NCBI GenBank assembly: GCA_963557965.1
Contig: CAUWEX010000005.1
Location: 1,062 to 65,061, forward strand
DNA length: 64,000 nt
From: an uncultured Clostridia bacterium
GTDB lineage: Bacteria; Bacillota; Clostridia; TANB77; CAG-508
Direction of reading: 5' to 3'
The notes under the pieces were generated by a model. It saw nothing but the letters and a program-made list of their open reading frames with translations, was not told the origin of the DNA and made no database searches. Shown here in pieces: positions 1 to 11,870 of this stretch (position 1 is its first letter; each line of letters opens with the position of its first letter). The translations under genes and the position numbers were made by a program.

Positions 1-3000
1 CTACAGTTGAAGCAGCTAGAAGTTTATTCACAGGATTACTATTTGATGAAAGAAGATATGACTTAGCAAAAGTAGGTAGATACAAATATAATAAAAAATT
101 AAATTTAGCAAATAGAATTACTGGATATGTTGCTTTTGATGATATCATGGATCCATCTACTGGAGAAGTTTTAGTAGAAAAAGATAATATCATTACAGAA
201 GAGATTGCCAATGAAATTCAAAATTCAGGAATTAACATTGTAGATATCAAAGTAAATGATAAAAAAGTAAGAATTATAGGAAATGGAACAGTAAATATAC
301 ACAATGTAGTAACAAACATTGATATTTCTGATTTACATTTTAAAGAAGAAGTAAACTATGCAGTATTACAATCAATACTAGAATCAACAGAAGAAAAAGA
401 CTTACATAAAGTATTAAAAGAAAGAAAAGGGGAATTAATTCCAAAACACGTAACAAACGAAGATATAATTGCATCAATAAACTACTTATTTAACTTAGAC
501 CATGGAATTGGTGTAATGGAAGACATAGACCATTTAGGAAATAGACGTATTAGATGTGTTGGAGAATTATTACAAAATCAATTTAGAATTGGTTTAACAA
601 GACTTGAAAGAGTAGTTCGTGAAAGAATGACAATACAAGACTTAGATGTTGTAACACCTCAAACATTAATAAACACAAAACCAATAACATCTGCAATTCG
701 TGAATTCTTTGGAAGCTCACAATTATCACAATTCATGGATCAAACAAACCCACTTTCAGAATTAACACATAAAAGAAGAATTTCAGCATTAGGACCAGGT
801 GGATTAACAAGAGAAAGAGCTGGATTCGAAGTACGTGATGTTCACTATACACACTATGGTAGACTTTGCCCTATCGAATCACCAGAAGGACCAAACATCG
901 GTCTTATATCTGCACTTTCTTGTTTTTCACAAATCAATGAATATGGATTTATAGAAACACCATATAGAAAAATTGATCCAGAAACACATCAATTAACAGA
1001 TGAAGTTGAATACATGAGTGCTGATGTAGAAGATAATTACATAATAGCTCAAGCATCAGAACCAGTAGATAAAGATGGAAGATTTATAAATCAAAGGGTT
1101 AGAGTAAGAAACAGAAATGAAGTTATAGAAGTTGACAGAGATAGAGTTCAATATGTAGACGTATCTCCAAAACAATTAGTTTCTGTAGCAGCAGCAATGA
1201 TACCTTTCTTAGAGCATGACGACGCAAAAAGAGCTCTTATGGGTGCCAACATGCAACGTCAAGCGGTACCTTTAATGGTAACAGAGAGTCCAATCGTTGG
1301 AACAGGTATGGAATATAGAGCTGCAAAAGACTCTGGAATTCTAATCTTAGCAGAAGACGATGGTGTAATTGAAAAAGTTACAGGTGATTATATTACTGTA
1401 AAATACAACAATGGAAAAACAGTAGTACATAAATTACGTAAATTCAAAAGAACAAATGGTGGAACATGTATTAACCAAAAACCAATTGTTAAAAAAGGTG
1501 AAATCGTTAAAAAAGGTGATGCAATAGCAGATGGACCATCAACTAAAAATGGAGAAATGGCACTTGGTAAAAACGTATTAGTTGCTTTCTCTACATGGGA
1601 AGGTTACAACTACGAAGATGCTATCTTAATTAACGAAAAACTTGTAAAAGAAGATGTATTTACATCAATTCATATCGAAGAATATGACTGCGAATGTCGT
1701 GATACAAAACTAGGAGCAGAAGAAATCACAAGAGATATACCAAATATTGGTGATGACTCATTAAAAGACTTAGACGAAAATGGAATTATCAGAATTGGTG
1801 CAGAAGTAAGGCCAGGGGATATCTTAGTTGGAAAAGTTACACCAAAAGGTGAAACAGAACTAACAGCTGAAGAAAGATTATTAAGAGCTATCTTCGGTGA
1901 AAAGGCTAGAGAAGTAAGAGATACATCATTAAGAGTACCACATGGAGAAGCTGGAACAATAGTAGATGTTAAAATATTTACTAGAGAAAATTCAGATGAA
2001 TTAGGACCTGGTGTAAATCAAATTATTAGATGTTACATTGCAACAAAAAGAAAAATATCAGTTGGAGATAAAATGGCTGGACGTCATGGTAACAAAGGTG
2101 TTATCTCAAGAGTATTACCAGAAGAAGATATGCCATTTATGCCAGACGGTACACCAATAGACATCTTATTAAACCCATTAGGTGTTCCTTCTCGTATGAA
2201 CTTAGGTCAAGTTTTAGAGGTTCACTTAGGTGGAGCTGCAAAAGCATTAGGATGGAAAATTTCTACTCCAGTATTTGATGGAGCTACAGAACAAGACGTA
2301 AGAGATTTACTAAAAGAAGCTGGAATGAGTGAAGATGGAAAAACTACATTATATGATGGTAGAACAGGAGATCCATTTGATAAACCAATTACGGTTGGTG
2401 TTATGTATATGTTAAAACTTCACCACTTAGTTGATGATAAAATACATGCTCGTTCAACAGGACCATACTCACTAGTAACACAACAACCACTTGGTGGTAA
2501 AGCACAATTTGGTGGACAACGTTTTGGAGAGATGGAAGTTTGGGCATTAGAAGCATATGGAGCAGCATACACATTACAAGAAATGCTAACAGTAAAATCA
2601 GATGACGTTGTAGGACGTGTTAAAACTTATGAAGCAATTGTTAAGGGAGAAAACATCCCAGAACCAGGAGTTCCAGAAAGCTTTAAAGTATTAGTTAAAG
2701 AACTTCAATCTTTAGGATTAGATGTACGTTTATATTCTGAAGATAACCAAGAATTAGAATTAAAAGAAAATATCGAAGAAGGTATAGAGTACGATCCTGA
2801 AAAAGATAAAAAAATCTTATCAGAAGATGAGGTTGTTGCAGAAGAGGACCTAAATGACGGATATGGCGAAGAAGTTGAAAACGACGTTTTATTAGAAAGT
2901 TCAGAACCTGAAAGTGATGAGTTATTTGAGGACTTAGACGATGAAGGAGAAGAATTTTTATACGGAAATGATTTAGCACAAGACAATATCGATAATGATG

Positions 3001-3014
3001 AAGATAATTTATAG
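1..3014 (+). CDS. rpoB: DNA-directed RNA polymerase subunit beta (5'-truncated by window edge)
   Basis: Frame is open from the window start (TVEAARSLF...[11 protein letters not shown]). Motifs [37 protein letters not shown] and [18 protein letters not shown] are present. Confidence 0.99.
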   Translation, partial: TVEAARSLFTGLLFDERRYDLAKVGRYKYNKKLNLANRITGYVAFDDIMDPSTGEVLVEKDNIITEEIANEIQNSGINIVDIKVNDKKVRIIGNGTVNIHNVVTNIDISDLHFKEEVNYAVLQSILESTEEKDLHKVLKERKGELIPKHVTNEDIIASINYLFNLDHGIGVMEDIDHLGNRRIRCVGELLQNQFRIGLTRLERVVRERMTIQDLDVVTPQTLINTKPITSAIREFFGSSQLSQFMDQTNPLSELTHKRRISALGPGGLTRERAGFEVRDVHYTHYGRLCPIESPEGPNIGLISALSCFSQINEYGFIETPYRKIDPETHQLTDEVEYMSADVEDNYIIAQASEPVDKDGRFINQRVRVRNRNEVIEVDRDRVQYVDVSPKQLVSVAAAMIPFLEHDDAKRALMGANMQRQAVPLMVTESPIVGTGMEYRAAKDSGILILAEDDGVIEKVTGDYITVKYNNGKTVVHKLRKFKRTNGGTCINQKPIVKKGEIVKKGDAIADGPSTKNGEMALGKNVLVAFSTWEGYNYEDAILINEKLVKEDVFTSIHIEEYDCECRDTKLGAEEITRDIPNIGDDSLKDLDENGIIRIGAEVRPGDILVGKVTPKGETELTAEERLLRAIFGEKAREVRDTSLRVPHGEAGTIVDVKIFTRENSDELGPGVNQIIRCYIATKRKISVGDKMAGRHGNKGVISRVLPEEDMPFMPDGTPIDILLNPLGVPSRMNLGQVLEVHLGGAAKALGWKISTPVFDGATEQDVRDLLKEAGMSEDGKTTLYDGRTGDPFDKPITVGVMYMLKLHHLVDDKIHARSTGPYSLVTQQPLGGKAQFGGQRFGEMEVWALEAYGAAYTLQEMLTVKSDDVVGRVKTYEAIVKGENIPEPGVPESFKVLVKELQSLGLDVRLYSEDNQELELKENIEEGIEYDPEKDKKILSEDEVVAEEDLNDGYGEEVENDVLLESSEPESDELFEDLDDEGEEFLYGNDLAQDNIDNDEDNL

Positions 3015-3142
3015 AAAGAAAACTAACTGAATAAATTTTAAAAAGGAAAGAGGCGACAGGAAGGAATTGCAAGAGCGGTGGTTAGTCCTCTTAACCTGTT
3101 TTAAAATTACCAAAACAAATTCGTACGAAGGGAGAATAATAA

Positions 3143-6100
3143 GTGGACGAATTAGATGTTTTTGATAAAATAAAAATTGGAGTTGCATCAGACGAAAAAA
3201 TAAGAGAATGGTCAAAAGGTGAAGTTAAAAAACCTGAAACTATAAACTATAGAACATTAAAACCAGAAAAAGATGGTTTATTCTGTGAAAGAATATTTGG
3301 ACCAACAAAAGACTGGGAATGCCACTGTGGAAAATATAAAAGAATTCGTTATAAAGGAATCGTTTGCGACAGATGTGGTGTTGAAGTAACAAAAGCTAAG
3401 GTTAGACGTGAAAGAATGGGACATATCGAACTTGCTGCACCAGTTGCACATATTTGGTATTTTAAAGGAATTCCAAGTAGAATTGCTTTAATGCTTGATA
3501 TTTCACCAAGAAACTTAGAAAAAGTTATATATTTTGCATCATATGTTGTAACAGACAAAGGAACTAGTGGTTTGGATAAATGCCAAATTTTAAATGAAAA
3601 AGAATATCACGAAGCACAAGAAAAATATGGTAGAGGTTCTTTTACAGCTAAAATGGGAGCAGAGGCTATTAGAGAGTTATTAGAACAAATTGATGTAGAA
3701 AAATTATCAGAAGAAATTAAAAAAGATTTAGAAACAGCAAGTGAACAAAGAAAAGTAAAATTAATAAAAAGATTAGATACAGTAGAAGCATTTAGACTTT
3801 CAGAAAACAAACCTGAATGGATGGTTATGAATGTTGTACCAGTTATTCCACCAGAATTAAGACCAATGGTACAATTAGATGGTGGTAGATTTGCAACATC
3901 AGACTTAAATGACTTATATAGAAGAGTTATAAACAGAAATAATCGTTTAAAAAGACTATTAGAATTAGGAGCACCTGAAATAATAGTAAGAAACGAAAAA
4001 AGAATGTTACAAGAATCAGTAGATGCTTTAATTGATAATGGTAGACGTGGTAGACCAGTAACAGGAGCTGGAAACAGACCATTAAAATCATTATCAGATA
4101 TGTTAAAAGGAAAACAAGGACGTTTCCGTCAAAACTTACTTGGAAAACGTGTTGACTATTCAGGACGTTCAGTTATCGTTGTTGGACCTGAACTTAAAAT
4201 ATATCAATGTGGTTTACCAAAAGAAATGGCAGTAGAACTATTTAAACCATTTGTTATGAAAGAATTAGTAGGTAGAGGAATTGCCCAAAACATTAAAAAT
4301 GCAAAAAGAATGGTAGAAAGATTAAGACCAGAAGTATGGGAAATATTAGAAGATGTTATAAAAGATCATCCAGTAATGTTAAACCGTGCTCCAACACTAC
4401 ATAGACTTGGTATTCAAAGCTTTGAACCAGTATTAGTAGAAGGTAGAGCTATAAAACTTCACCCATTAGTTTGTGAAGCGTTTAATGCTGACTTCGATGG
4501 AGATCAAATGGCCGTTCACTTACCATTATCACCAGAAGCACAAGCAGAATCAAGATATTTAATGTTATCTACAAACAACTTATTAAAACCACAAGATGGT
4601 AAACCAGTTGCAACACCTAGACTTGACATGATTTTAGGTTCATACTATTTAACAATGGTATTAGACGGAGAAAAAGGCGAAAATAAATACTTCAAAGACC
4701 CTGAAGAAGCAATTATGGCCTTTGAAAACCATGATGTAGGTATCCATGCTAAAATCTTTGTAAGAATTACAAAGGAAATAGACGGAGAAATGAAATCTAA
4801 AAAAATAGAGACAAGTGTTGGAAGAATTATCTTCAACCAAGGAATACCACAAGATCTAGGATTTATTGATAGAAATGAAGACCCATTCCAATATGAAATT
4901 AATTTCCCTGTTATGAAAAAATCAATGGGAACAATTATAGAAAAAGTAATTAGAACACACGGATTAACAGAATCTGCAAAAGTTATAGACTATATCAAAG
5001 CATTAGGCTTTAAGTATTCTACACTTGCTGGTATCACATTCTCAATGGATGACGTAAAAGTACCACCAGCTAAAAAAGACATATTAGCTCAAGCGGATGA
5101 ACAAGTAGAAACTGTTAGAAAACAATATGTACGTGGTTTAATAACTAACGAAGAAAGATACAATGCAGTTATTAACATTTGGGAGAAAACAACAAATGAA
5201 GTTAGTAAGGCAATGGAAGATAACTTCGATGAATTAAACCCAATATACATGATGGTTAAATCAGGAGCCCGTGGTAACATGAACCAATTACGTCAAATTG
5301 CAGGTATTCGTGGACTTATGGCTAGTACAACAGGTAAAGCCGTAGAAATTCCTATCAAATCATCATTTGCAGAAGGATTAGATGCATTAGAGTACTTTAT
5401 TTCTGCCCATGGTGCTCGTAAAGGACTTTCAGATACAGCTTTAAGAACAGCCGATTCAGGATACTTAACAAGAAGATTAGTTGATGTATCACAAGATATA
5501 ATTGTTAGAGAACATGATTGTGGAACAGATGAAGGTTATGTTGTATATGACATTAAAGATGGAAATCAAATTATTGAAAAAATGCAAGAAAGATTAGTTG
5601 GAAGATATGCTGTAAATAATGTATATCATCCAGAAACAAAAGAATTAATTGTTGATACAGATACAATGATTAATGAAAAAATTGCTGATGATATCGTTGC
5701 AGCTGGAATTGACAAATTAGAAGTACGTTCAGTACTAGGATGCCACTCAAAACGTGGTGTATGTCAAAAATGTTATGGTATGGGATTAGCAAGAAGAGAC
5801 TTAGTTTCAATAGGAGAATCAGTAGGTATAGTTGCTGCACAATCAATTGGTGAGCCTGGTACACAGCTTACAATGAGAACTATCCACTCAGGTGGTGTTG
5901 CAGGTGTAGCAGATATTACACAAGGTCTTCCTAGAGTTGAGGAATTATTTGAAGCTAGAAAACCAAAGGGATTAGCAATAATCACAGAAATAGCTGGTAA
6001 AGTAAAAATAAAAGAAACTAAGAAGAAAAAAGAAGTTATTGTAACATCTGGAGATGATTCAAGAACTTATACAATACCATTTGGTTCAAAAATGAAAGTA

Positions 6101-6664
6101 AAAGATGGAGACATGGTAGAAGTAGCACAACCACTTATTGAAGGTTCTGTAAATCCAGGAGAATTACTAGAAATCAAAGGACCAGAAGGAGTATTTGAAT
6201 ACTTGATTTCTGAGGTACAAAAAGTATATAGAAATCAAGGTGTTGATATCAATGATAAACACGTTGAAGTAATTGCAAGACAAATGCTTAAGAAAATCAG
6301 AGTAGAAGACAATGCAGATACGGATATGTTCCCAGGAGCATTAATCGATATGTATGAATTCGAAGCAAAAAATAAACAAGCAATAGAAAATGGCAAAAGA
6401 CCAGCAACAGGAAAAAGAGTACTACTTGGAATTACAAAAGCATCACTTGCTACAGATAGCTTCTTATCTGCTGCATCATTCCAAGAAACAACTAGAGTAT
6501 TAACAGAAGCAGCTGTTAAAGGTAAAGTGGATGACCTAGTAGGATTAAAAGAAAATGTTATCATTGGTAAATTAATCCCAGCAGGAACAGGTATGCAAAA
6601 ATACCAAAATATTCATATTGATACAGAAAAAGAAGAAGAACCAGTTGCTGAAACTGAAGAATAA
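3143..6664 (+). CDS. rpoC: DNA-directed RNA polymerase subunit beta'
   Basis: Catalytic NADFDGD motif, N-terminal Cys4 zinc finger, GTG start after AAGGGAG RBS. Confidence 0.99.
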   Translation: MDELDVFDKIKIGVASDEKIREWSKGEVKKPETINYRTLKPEKDGLFCERIFGPTKDWECHCGKYKRIRYKGIVCDRCGVEVTKAKVRRERMGHIELAAPVAHIWYFKGIPSRIALMLDISPRNLEKVIYFASYVVTDKGTSGLDKCQILNEKEYHEAQEKYGRGSFTAKMGAEAIRELLEQIDVEKLSEEIKKDLETASEQRKVKLIKRLDTVEAFRLSENKPEWMVMNVVPVIPPELRPMVQLDGGRFATSDLNDLYRRVINRNNRLKRLLELGAPEIIVRNEKRMLQESVDALIDNGRRGRPVTGAGNRPLKSLSDMLKGKQGRFRQNLLGKRVDYSGRSVIVVGPELKIYQCGLPKEMAVELFKPFVMKELVGRGIAQNIKNAKRMVERLRPEVWEILEDVIKDHPVMLNRAPTLHRLGIQSFEPVLVEGRAIKLHPLVCEAFNADFDGDQMAVHLPLSPEAQAESRYLMLSTNNLLKPQDGKPVATPRLDMILGSYYLTMVLDGEKGENKYFKDPEEAIMAFENHDVGIHAKIFVRITKEIDGEMKSKKIETSVGRIIFNQGIPQDLGFIDRNEDPFQYEINFPVMKKSMGTIIEKVIRTHGLTESAKVIDYIKALGFKYSTLAGITFSMDDVKVPPAKKDILAQADEQVETVRKQYVRGLITNEERYNAVINIWEKTTNEVSKAMEDNFDELNPIYMMVKSGARGNMNQLRQIAGIRGLMASTTGKAVEIPIKSSFAEGLDALEYFISAHGARKGLSDTALRTADSGYLTRRLVDVSQDIIVREHDCGTDEGYVVYDIKDGNQIIEKMQERLVGRYAVNNVYHPETKELIVDTDTMINEKIADDIVAAGIDKLEVRSVLGCHSKRGVCQKCYGMGLARRDLVSIGESVGIVAAQSIGEPGTQLTMRTIHSGGVAGVADITQGLPRVEELFEARKPKGLAIITEIAGKVKIKETKKKKEVIVTSGDDSRTYTIPFGSKMKVKDGDMVEVAQPLIEGSVNPGELLEIKGPEGVFEYLISEVQKVYRNQGVDINDKHVEVIARQMLKKIRVEDNADTDMFPGALIDMYEFEAKNKQAIENGKRPATGKRVLLGITKASLATDSFLSAASFQETTRVLTEAAVKGKVDDLVGLKENVIIGKLIPAGTGMQKYQNIHIDTEKEEEPVAETEE

Positions 6665-6786
6665 TTTCGAGAGCTGAGGAAAAACATTTTAATATAATTT
6701 AATAAAAAATCTAGTGTAATATTTTTAATATAGCACTAGATTTTTTTAAAATTAAAAGGATTTTTTCTTCAGACCTCAAAATCATT
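6660..6786. repeat. REP-like imperfect inverted repeat pair enclosing the rpoC terminator
   Basis: Left arm AATAATTTCGAGAGCTGAGGAAAAACATTTTAAT vs reverse complement of right arm AATGATTTTGAGGTCTGAAGAAAAAATCCTTTTAAT. Similar to the arms at 16735/16957. Confidence 0.65.
6704..6747 (+). terminator. Intrinsic terminator after rpoC
   Basis: AAAAAATCTAGTG...CACTAGATTTTTTT hairpin plus T-run. Confidence 0.8.
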
Positions 6787-6846
6787 TTGTTGACAAACTG
6801 TGCTTTTATTAGTAAAATATAATAGAATAAATAGAAGGAGATTATT

Positions 6847-8874
6847 ATGCAAAATAATAATAGAAAAGTATTTGAAACAATAGTATCAAGAACTAAGATA
6901 TATTTAGCCATTATTTTAGTTTTATTAATCATAGTTAGTATAGAAAATGTGCACATGTTAATTCCTGCAATAATAACATATGCTGTTGTTGTAGGATATA
7001 CTTATTATGCCAATAAAAAAAGAAAAAGCGAAATTTCAGAAACTCTTCAAGACTTGACTTTAACTGTAGACACAGCAGCTAAAACAAGTTTAATAAATTC
7101 GCCATTTCCACTAATTATATTAGAAACAGATGGAAATGTAATTTGGAGAAGTACAAAGTTTGCTACAGAATTTGCTAATATAGATATAAACACATATATG
7201 AGTGAATTAACAGAAGAATTAAAAAATAAAATAGACCAAGGAACAGAAGTAGACAAAAACAAAGACATAATAAAAGAAAGCAAAATAGGAAATAAAACGT
7301 ATAAGATAATAGGTAGATGTGTTAATTTTAGAAACAAGGCTAAAGACAGAAAGAGCAAAAAAGAATACATGATTATTTTATATTTTATTGATATTACTGA
7401 AAGTATTAAATTACAAAAAGAATATATGGACTCTAAATCATGTGTTGGAATTATCATGATAGATAATTACGAAGATAATATGCAAAGATTAGATGCAAGT
7501 GAAAAACCACAGATTTTGGCAGAAATTGATAAGGAAATGTATGACTGGGCTAATAAAGCAAATGGAGTTTTAATAAAATCTGATAGAGATAGATATGTGT
7601 TCTTATTTGAACAACGTTATTTAGAAGATATCAAAGAAGACAAATTTAGTATTTTAGATAAAATAAAAGATATTGACACAAAAGAAAAAGTACAATTTAC
7701 AGTAAGTATTGCTTTATCAAATGAAGGAAAAACAGATAAAGAAAAATATAAATCTGCACAAGCTGCAATGGATGTAGTACTAGGCCGAGGCGGAGATCAA
7801 GCTGTAATTAGAGAAAATGAAATATATAAGTTCTTCGGTGGCAGAGTAGAAGAAGTAGAAAAAAGAACTAAGGTAAAGGCAAGAGTAGTTGCACATGCTT
7901 TAGAAAATTTAATAGAAGAATCTAGCAAAGTAATGGTTATGGGACATGTTAATGCGGACATGGATAGTATAGGTTCTTGTATGGGAATTTATAGATTAGC
8001 CAAAACATTGAATACAAACGCATATATAGTTGCTAGTGAGGATTCTCCTTCGCTAGAAACATTTATGAAAGAAATAAAAAAAGATGCAGAATATGAAGAT
8101 GTTATAATTAATAAAGAAGTTGCATTGGAAAATATAGATGAAGATACTTTGTTAGTTGTAGTAGATACTCACAAAATAAACTATGTAGATAGTCCGGAGT
8201 TATTAGAAAAAGTAGCAAAAATAGTTGTGGTAGATCATCATAGAAGAAGTACAGATTTCATAGAGAATGCAACATTAATGTTCCAAGAAGTATATGCTTC
8301 ATCTGCAGCAGAATTAGTTACAGAATTACTACAATATGCAGAAGTGAAAATAGATCTTAAAAGAACAGAAGCAGAAAGTTTATATGCTGGAATTATGATG
8401 GATACAAAAAACTTTACATTCAAAACAGGTGTAAGAACTTTTGAAGCAGCTGCATATTTACGAAGATGTGGTGTAGATATAATAAGAGTTAAAAAATGGT
8501 TCCAAAGTGATTTCGAAAGCTTTAATACGGTTGCAGATATCGTTAAAAAAGCCGAATTATTAGGAAATGGAATAGCAATATCAACATATGATGAAATAAC
8601 AAAAGATGCAAGTCTAATTTGCGCAAAAGCAGCAGATGAATTACTTACAATTAGTGATATAACAGCATCATTTGTATTGGGAAATACAGGGGATAAAATT
8701 TGTATAAGTGGACGCTCAATAGGAGATATAAATGTACAAATTATACTTGAAAAACTTGGTGGTGGAGGTCATATAACTTTAGCAGGTGCACAAGTTGAAG
8801 ATATGACAATGGAAGAAACTATACAAGAATTAAAAAATAGAATAAATGAGTACTTCTCAGAGGTTGAAGCGTAA
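6847..8874 (+). CDS. gdpP: c-di-AMP phosphodiesterase GdpP (TM-PAS-degenerate GGDEF-DHH/DHHA1)
   Basis: Two N-terminal TM segments, GGDQA, DHH motif (VVDHHRR), GGGH in DHHA1. Upstream of rplI-dnaB as is typical in Firmicutes. Confidence 0.93.
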   Translation: MQNNNRKVFETIVSRTKIYLAIILVLLIIVSIENVHMLIPAIITYAVVVGYTYYANKKRKSEISETLQDLTLTVDTAAKTSLINSPFPLIILETDGNVIWRSTKFATEFANIDINTYMSELTEELKNKIDQGTEVDKNKDIIKESKIGNKTYKIIGRCVNFRNKAKDRKSKKEYMIILYFIDITESIKLQKEYMDSKSCVGIIMIDNYEDNMQRLDASEKPQILAEIDKEMYDWANKANGVLIKSDRDRYVFLFEQRYLEDIKEDKFSILDKIKDIDTKEKVQFTVSIALSNEGKTDKEKYKSAQAAMDVVLGRGGDQAVIRENEIYKFFGGRVEEVEKRTKVKARVVAHALENLIEESSKVMVMGHVNADMDSIGSCMGIYRLAKTLNTNAYIVASEDSPSLETFMKEIKKDAEYEDVIINKEVALENIDEDTLLVVVDTHKINYVDSPELLEKVAKIVVVDHHRRSTDFIENATLMFQEVYASSAAELVTELLQYAEVKIDLKRTEAESLYAGIMMDTKNFTFKTGVRTFEAAAYLRRCGVDIIRVKKWFQSDFESFNTVADIVKKAELLGNGIAISTYDEITKDASLICAKAADELLTISDITASFVLGNTGDKICISGRSIGDINVQIILEKLGGGGHITLAGAQVEDMTMEETIQELKNRINEYFSEVEA

Positions 8875-8895
8875 AACAAAAGATGGGAGAAAACA

Positions 8896-10008
8896 ATGGG
8901 AGTTTTGAAGAAGATGAAAAATAGTGAAAGAGGTTCAGTAACAGTATATGTGTTATCTACATTATTAGTTCTTATTTTGATTGCAATAACGGTATATGTT
9001 AATATGGCTAATAAAGTAACCTCTCAAGAAAAACAAGTTAATAAGATACAAGATGGATATAGCGTAAGTGAAGATGAAATGGATGAGGAGTATAATAATG
9101 GAACCAAAGGAGATTTGGAAATTGGAGATACTGTAACATATACACCAAGTGGGACATATAATTGGCAAGGAAAATATTATTCAGCAACTACAAATCAAGA
9201 TATGATACTAAATAGTGGGAATGCAGAATTTAAAATAATCGAGTGGAAAGTATTAGAAATAAAAAATGAAACAGTTACATTGCTTCCAATAGCTCCGACA
9301 GATGGAAGAATAATATTGTCTGAAGCGCCAGGATATAATAATGCCGTCAAATTATTAAATGATGCATGTAATAATTTGTATGCAAATCCTTCAAAAGGAA
9401 TAAGTGCAAGAAGTATAAAAATAGATGATATAAACGACAAATTAAATAATTTAGCATGGAATGAAATTTATGGGCCAAATTCTAATTATAATACACAACC
9501 ACCAAACGAATTTACTGGAGAGAATAGCACATATCCGATTATATATCCAGAGGAAAAAAATGCAGTAGTAAGTAATGCTCCAAATGATGGAAATTTGGGA
9601 GAGAGTGAACAACCAACTTTGTTAGAAAGAGACTATATGGGAGCATATGATGGAAGGCTAATATTACCTACTGCTAGAATTAGACCATATAATACATATT
9701 GGACAAAAGAAAATGATTATTTAATGACTGCTTTTAAAAAAGCTGATAATGGAGTAAATTATTATGATTTATTTTTCCCAAAAGGAAATACTACCAATTA
9801 TGTTATAGCCACAAGATGCATTTCAAATGGTCCAATGAATGCGATATTTGCCATCAGACATATTTATAATGGAACAATGAGTGGAATGGGAATGTACGAT
9901 TCTAATGATGGAACACATGGCGCAAAAGAGGCCCCATTGTTTCCTGTGTTGACGTTAAACCGAAATTCGATTATAGGAAATAAAACAGAGGGATATTTTG
10001 TAAAATAA
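8896..10008 (+). CDS. Pilin-like/exported protein with prepilin-type N-terminus
   Basis: KMKNSERG|SVTVYVLSTLLVLILIAI resembles a class III signal (no Glu+5), followed by an Asn/Gly/Tyr-rich extracellular domain. Confidence 0.55.
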   Translation: MGVLKKMKNSERGSVTVYVLSTLLVLILIAITVYVNMANKVTSQEKQVNKIQDGYSVSEDEMDEEYNNGTKGDLEIGDTVTYTPSGTYNWQGKYYSATTNQDMILNSGNAEFKIIEWKVLEIKNETVTLLPIAPTDGRIILSEAPGYNNAVKLLNDACNNLYANPSKGISARSIKIDDINDKLNNLAWNEIYGPNSNYNTQPPNEFTGENSTYPIIYPEEKNAVVSNAPNDGNLGESEQPTLLERDYMGAYDGRLILPTARIRPYNTYWTKENDYLMTAFKKADNGVNYYDLFFPKGNTTNYVIATRCISNGPMNAIFAIRHIYNGTMSGMGMYDSNDGTHGAKEAPLFPVLTLNRNSIIGNKTEGYFVK

Positions 10009-10011
10009 AGC

Positions 10012-10039
10012 AAAAAAGCACATTTAAATGTGCTTTTTT
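10012..10039. terminator. Bidirectional terminator
   Basis: AAAAAAGCACATTTAAATGTGCTTTTTT is a perfect palindrome between convergent genes. Confidence 0.85.
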
Positions 10040-10145
10040 ACGTATTAAAATTATTTTTCCTTTAAAAATCTTTTCAATAAAAATTCTAAGAAATAAGGGA
10101 AAGTATAAAACTTGCTATTAAGATTATACAAAAATAGTCGTAAAA

Positions 10146-10526
10146 TCACAATTTACTATTTATTTTATCTATCCATTTATCGTCATCACTTTCAAAGTTT
10201 TCTAAAAATTTCAAAATATTAGTACTTGAAATATCTTTATCATTATTGGATAAGTTTTTTATATTATTTTTCATAGTTTCATAATTAGCTCTGTTTATTT
10301 TACTAAATAATTCTTCTCTTTGTTCTTGTGATGCTTTATAATGGGATATGCCTGTAAATTGTTCAATATATTTTGAGTTTATAGTTTTGCTTTGACTAGT
10401 CAATTTTACCTTGCCAAAATGAGAAAGTATTATTTGCATTGTACAAGGATTTCCAAATATAACGATATCGTTGGAAACATCAGCATCGTGAAAAGCATCT
10501 ATTTTTCCTTTAATCTGTCTTGTCAT
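10146..10526 (-). CDS. RloB-like partner of the AAA ATPase, probably N-terminally deleted
   Basis: Overlaps the ATPase 3' end. GNPCTMQIILSHF resembles the RloB-family SNPCxExWxLxH motif; no N-terminal TOPRIM CEG/DxD region is visible. Confidence 0.5.
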   Translation of the reverse strand: MTRQIKGKIDAFHDADVSNDIVIFGNPCTMQIILSHFGKVKLTSQSKTINSKYIEQFTGISHYKASQEQREELFSKINRANYETMKNNIKNLSNNDKDISSTNILKFLENFESDDDKWIDKINSKL

Positions 10527-11769
10527 TCATATCCACCTCCAACAGCGTAGATATTAAGTCTGGGTCAGGGATAGCTCCAAAAGCACCTTTGCTATACCTG
10601 TCTTGTATATCTGTAGTATCTGTTCTTACACCACTTTGCTCGTAACTAAAATCTTTCAATGAGTATAACTCTGTGTGTTCTTCATTTTTATCTGTAAACC
10701 ATATTTGCTCTTTTCTAAACATTTTTTTACAATCTAATAAGCTAACATGATGAAGAGTTGCTATTAATTGTGCACTTTCGTTTAAATCACTGTTAAACAT
10801 AATAATAATAGCTCTAGTAATTTTAAAATGCAAACTACTATCCAATTCGTCAATTATTAGTGTTTTCCCATTCTCAATTGCTGTTATAACATAACTAGCT
10901 AAAGCAGCAATTTTTCTTGTTCCAAGAGAATCAAAAATTATACTAGGAACAGGCCTTCCCTTATATACTGATACTATTCTCATTTGGTCCATTATATCTT
11001 GATTTTTTAATATTTTTTCTTCTGCTTCTTTATCATCAACTTTTAATTTCATTTTTTCATCATATCTATAGTCATCTAAATATATATCTGCACTTTTTAT
11101 AAAGTCTACAATTTTTTTAGTTTCTTCATCTTTATTTTTTAATATTTCGATAGTTTTAGCATTAGGAATATTATTCATATCAACAATTTCAATGCTTTGA
11201 GAAATACCTGTCAATATATCCTTAATTGTCTTTAAAATATCAAACTTTTCAACTTGAACGGTATATATTAAAATATTGTTTGTTGAAGCGATATTCAAAA
11301 CTTCTTGCAACTTTGTATCTGATGGACACTCATAATGTTCATTTAAGGTGTCTTTTATAAAAAGTATCTTTTCACCTTCATTATTATATTTATCTCTTAT
11401 TATTTCAACCATTTTTTCATAAACATATGAACCATTATTACAGTCAAATTTATACTCATAATTATATTCTCTATCATTATATATAAAAGAAAATGATGCG
11501 GAAGCGATTGGATTATTAGCGAATATATTAGCTGAAAGATTAATTGGCTGATTTTCCAAAGTTCTTTTTAATATACTGATACACCTTAGTAAGCTGGTCT
11601 TTCCTGTATTATTGGGACCATATATTGCAATTGATTTTAAGATATTTAAATTTTGATTTAAGGTAATTACATTTGAAGAAAACTTTTTGGTTCTCATATC
11701 TGCTCGTAAAACCATTTCAACAGGTTTATTAAAAGCAAAGCAATTATCAAATTTAAAACTTGTTATCAT
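10510..11769 (-). CDS. AAA_21/AbiEii-like (RloA-type) ATP-binding protein
   Basis: Walker A GPNNTGKT, SLGT signature, Walker B LIIDELDSSLH, ATLH H-loop, C-terminal KEQIWF...YSL...GAFGAIP. Confidence 0.88.
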   Translation of the reverse strand: MITSFKFDNCFAFNKPVEMVLRADMRTKKFSSNVITLNQNLNILKSIAIYGPNNTGKTSLLRCISILKRTLENQPINLSANIFANNPIASASFSFIYNDREYNYEYKFDCNNGSYVYEKMVEIIRDKYNNEGEKILFIKDTLNEHYECPSDTKLQEVLNIASTNNILIYTVQVEKFDILKTIKDILTGISQSIEIVDMNNIPNAKTIEILKNKDEETKKIVDFIKSADIYLDDYRYDEKMKLKVDDKEAEEKILKNQDIMDQMRIVSVYKGRPVPSIIFDSLGTRKIAALASYVITAIENGKTLIIDELDSSLHFKITRAIIIMFNSDLNESAQLIATLHHVSLLDCKKMFRKEQIWFTDKNEEHTELYSLKDFSYEQSGVRTDTTDIQDRYSKGAFGAIPDPDLISTLLEVDMNDKTD

Positions 11770-11815
11770 AATAAATTCCTCCTAGTCAATATGCTATCCA
11801 AATTCTTCTTTCTAC

Positions 11816-11844
11816 TTGAAAATTCACCCAAAATAGTGTACAAT
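11816..11844 (+). promoter_or_regulatory. sigma-A-type promoter for rplI
   Basis: TTGAAA-17-TACAAT. Confidence 0.55.
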
Positions 11845-11870
11845 AGAGCGGTATAGAAAGGCGTGATAAT

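Noticed and set aside
690-810. Rifampicin-resistance substitutions in RpoB (and streptomycin resistance in RpsL)
   Set aside because: The key cluster I residues (Q, D, H, S) and the S12 lysines appear wild type.
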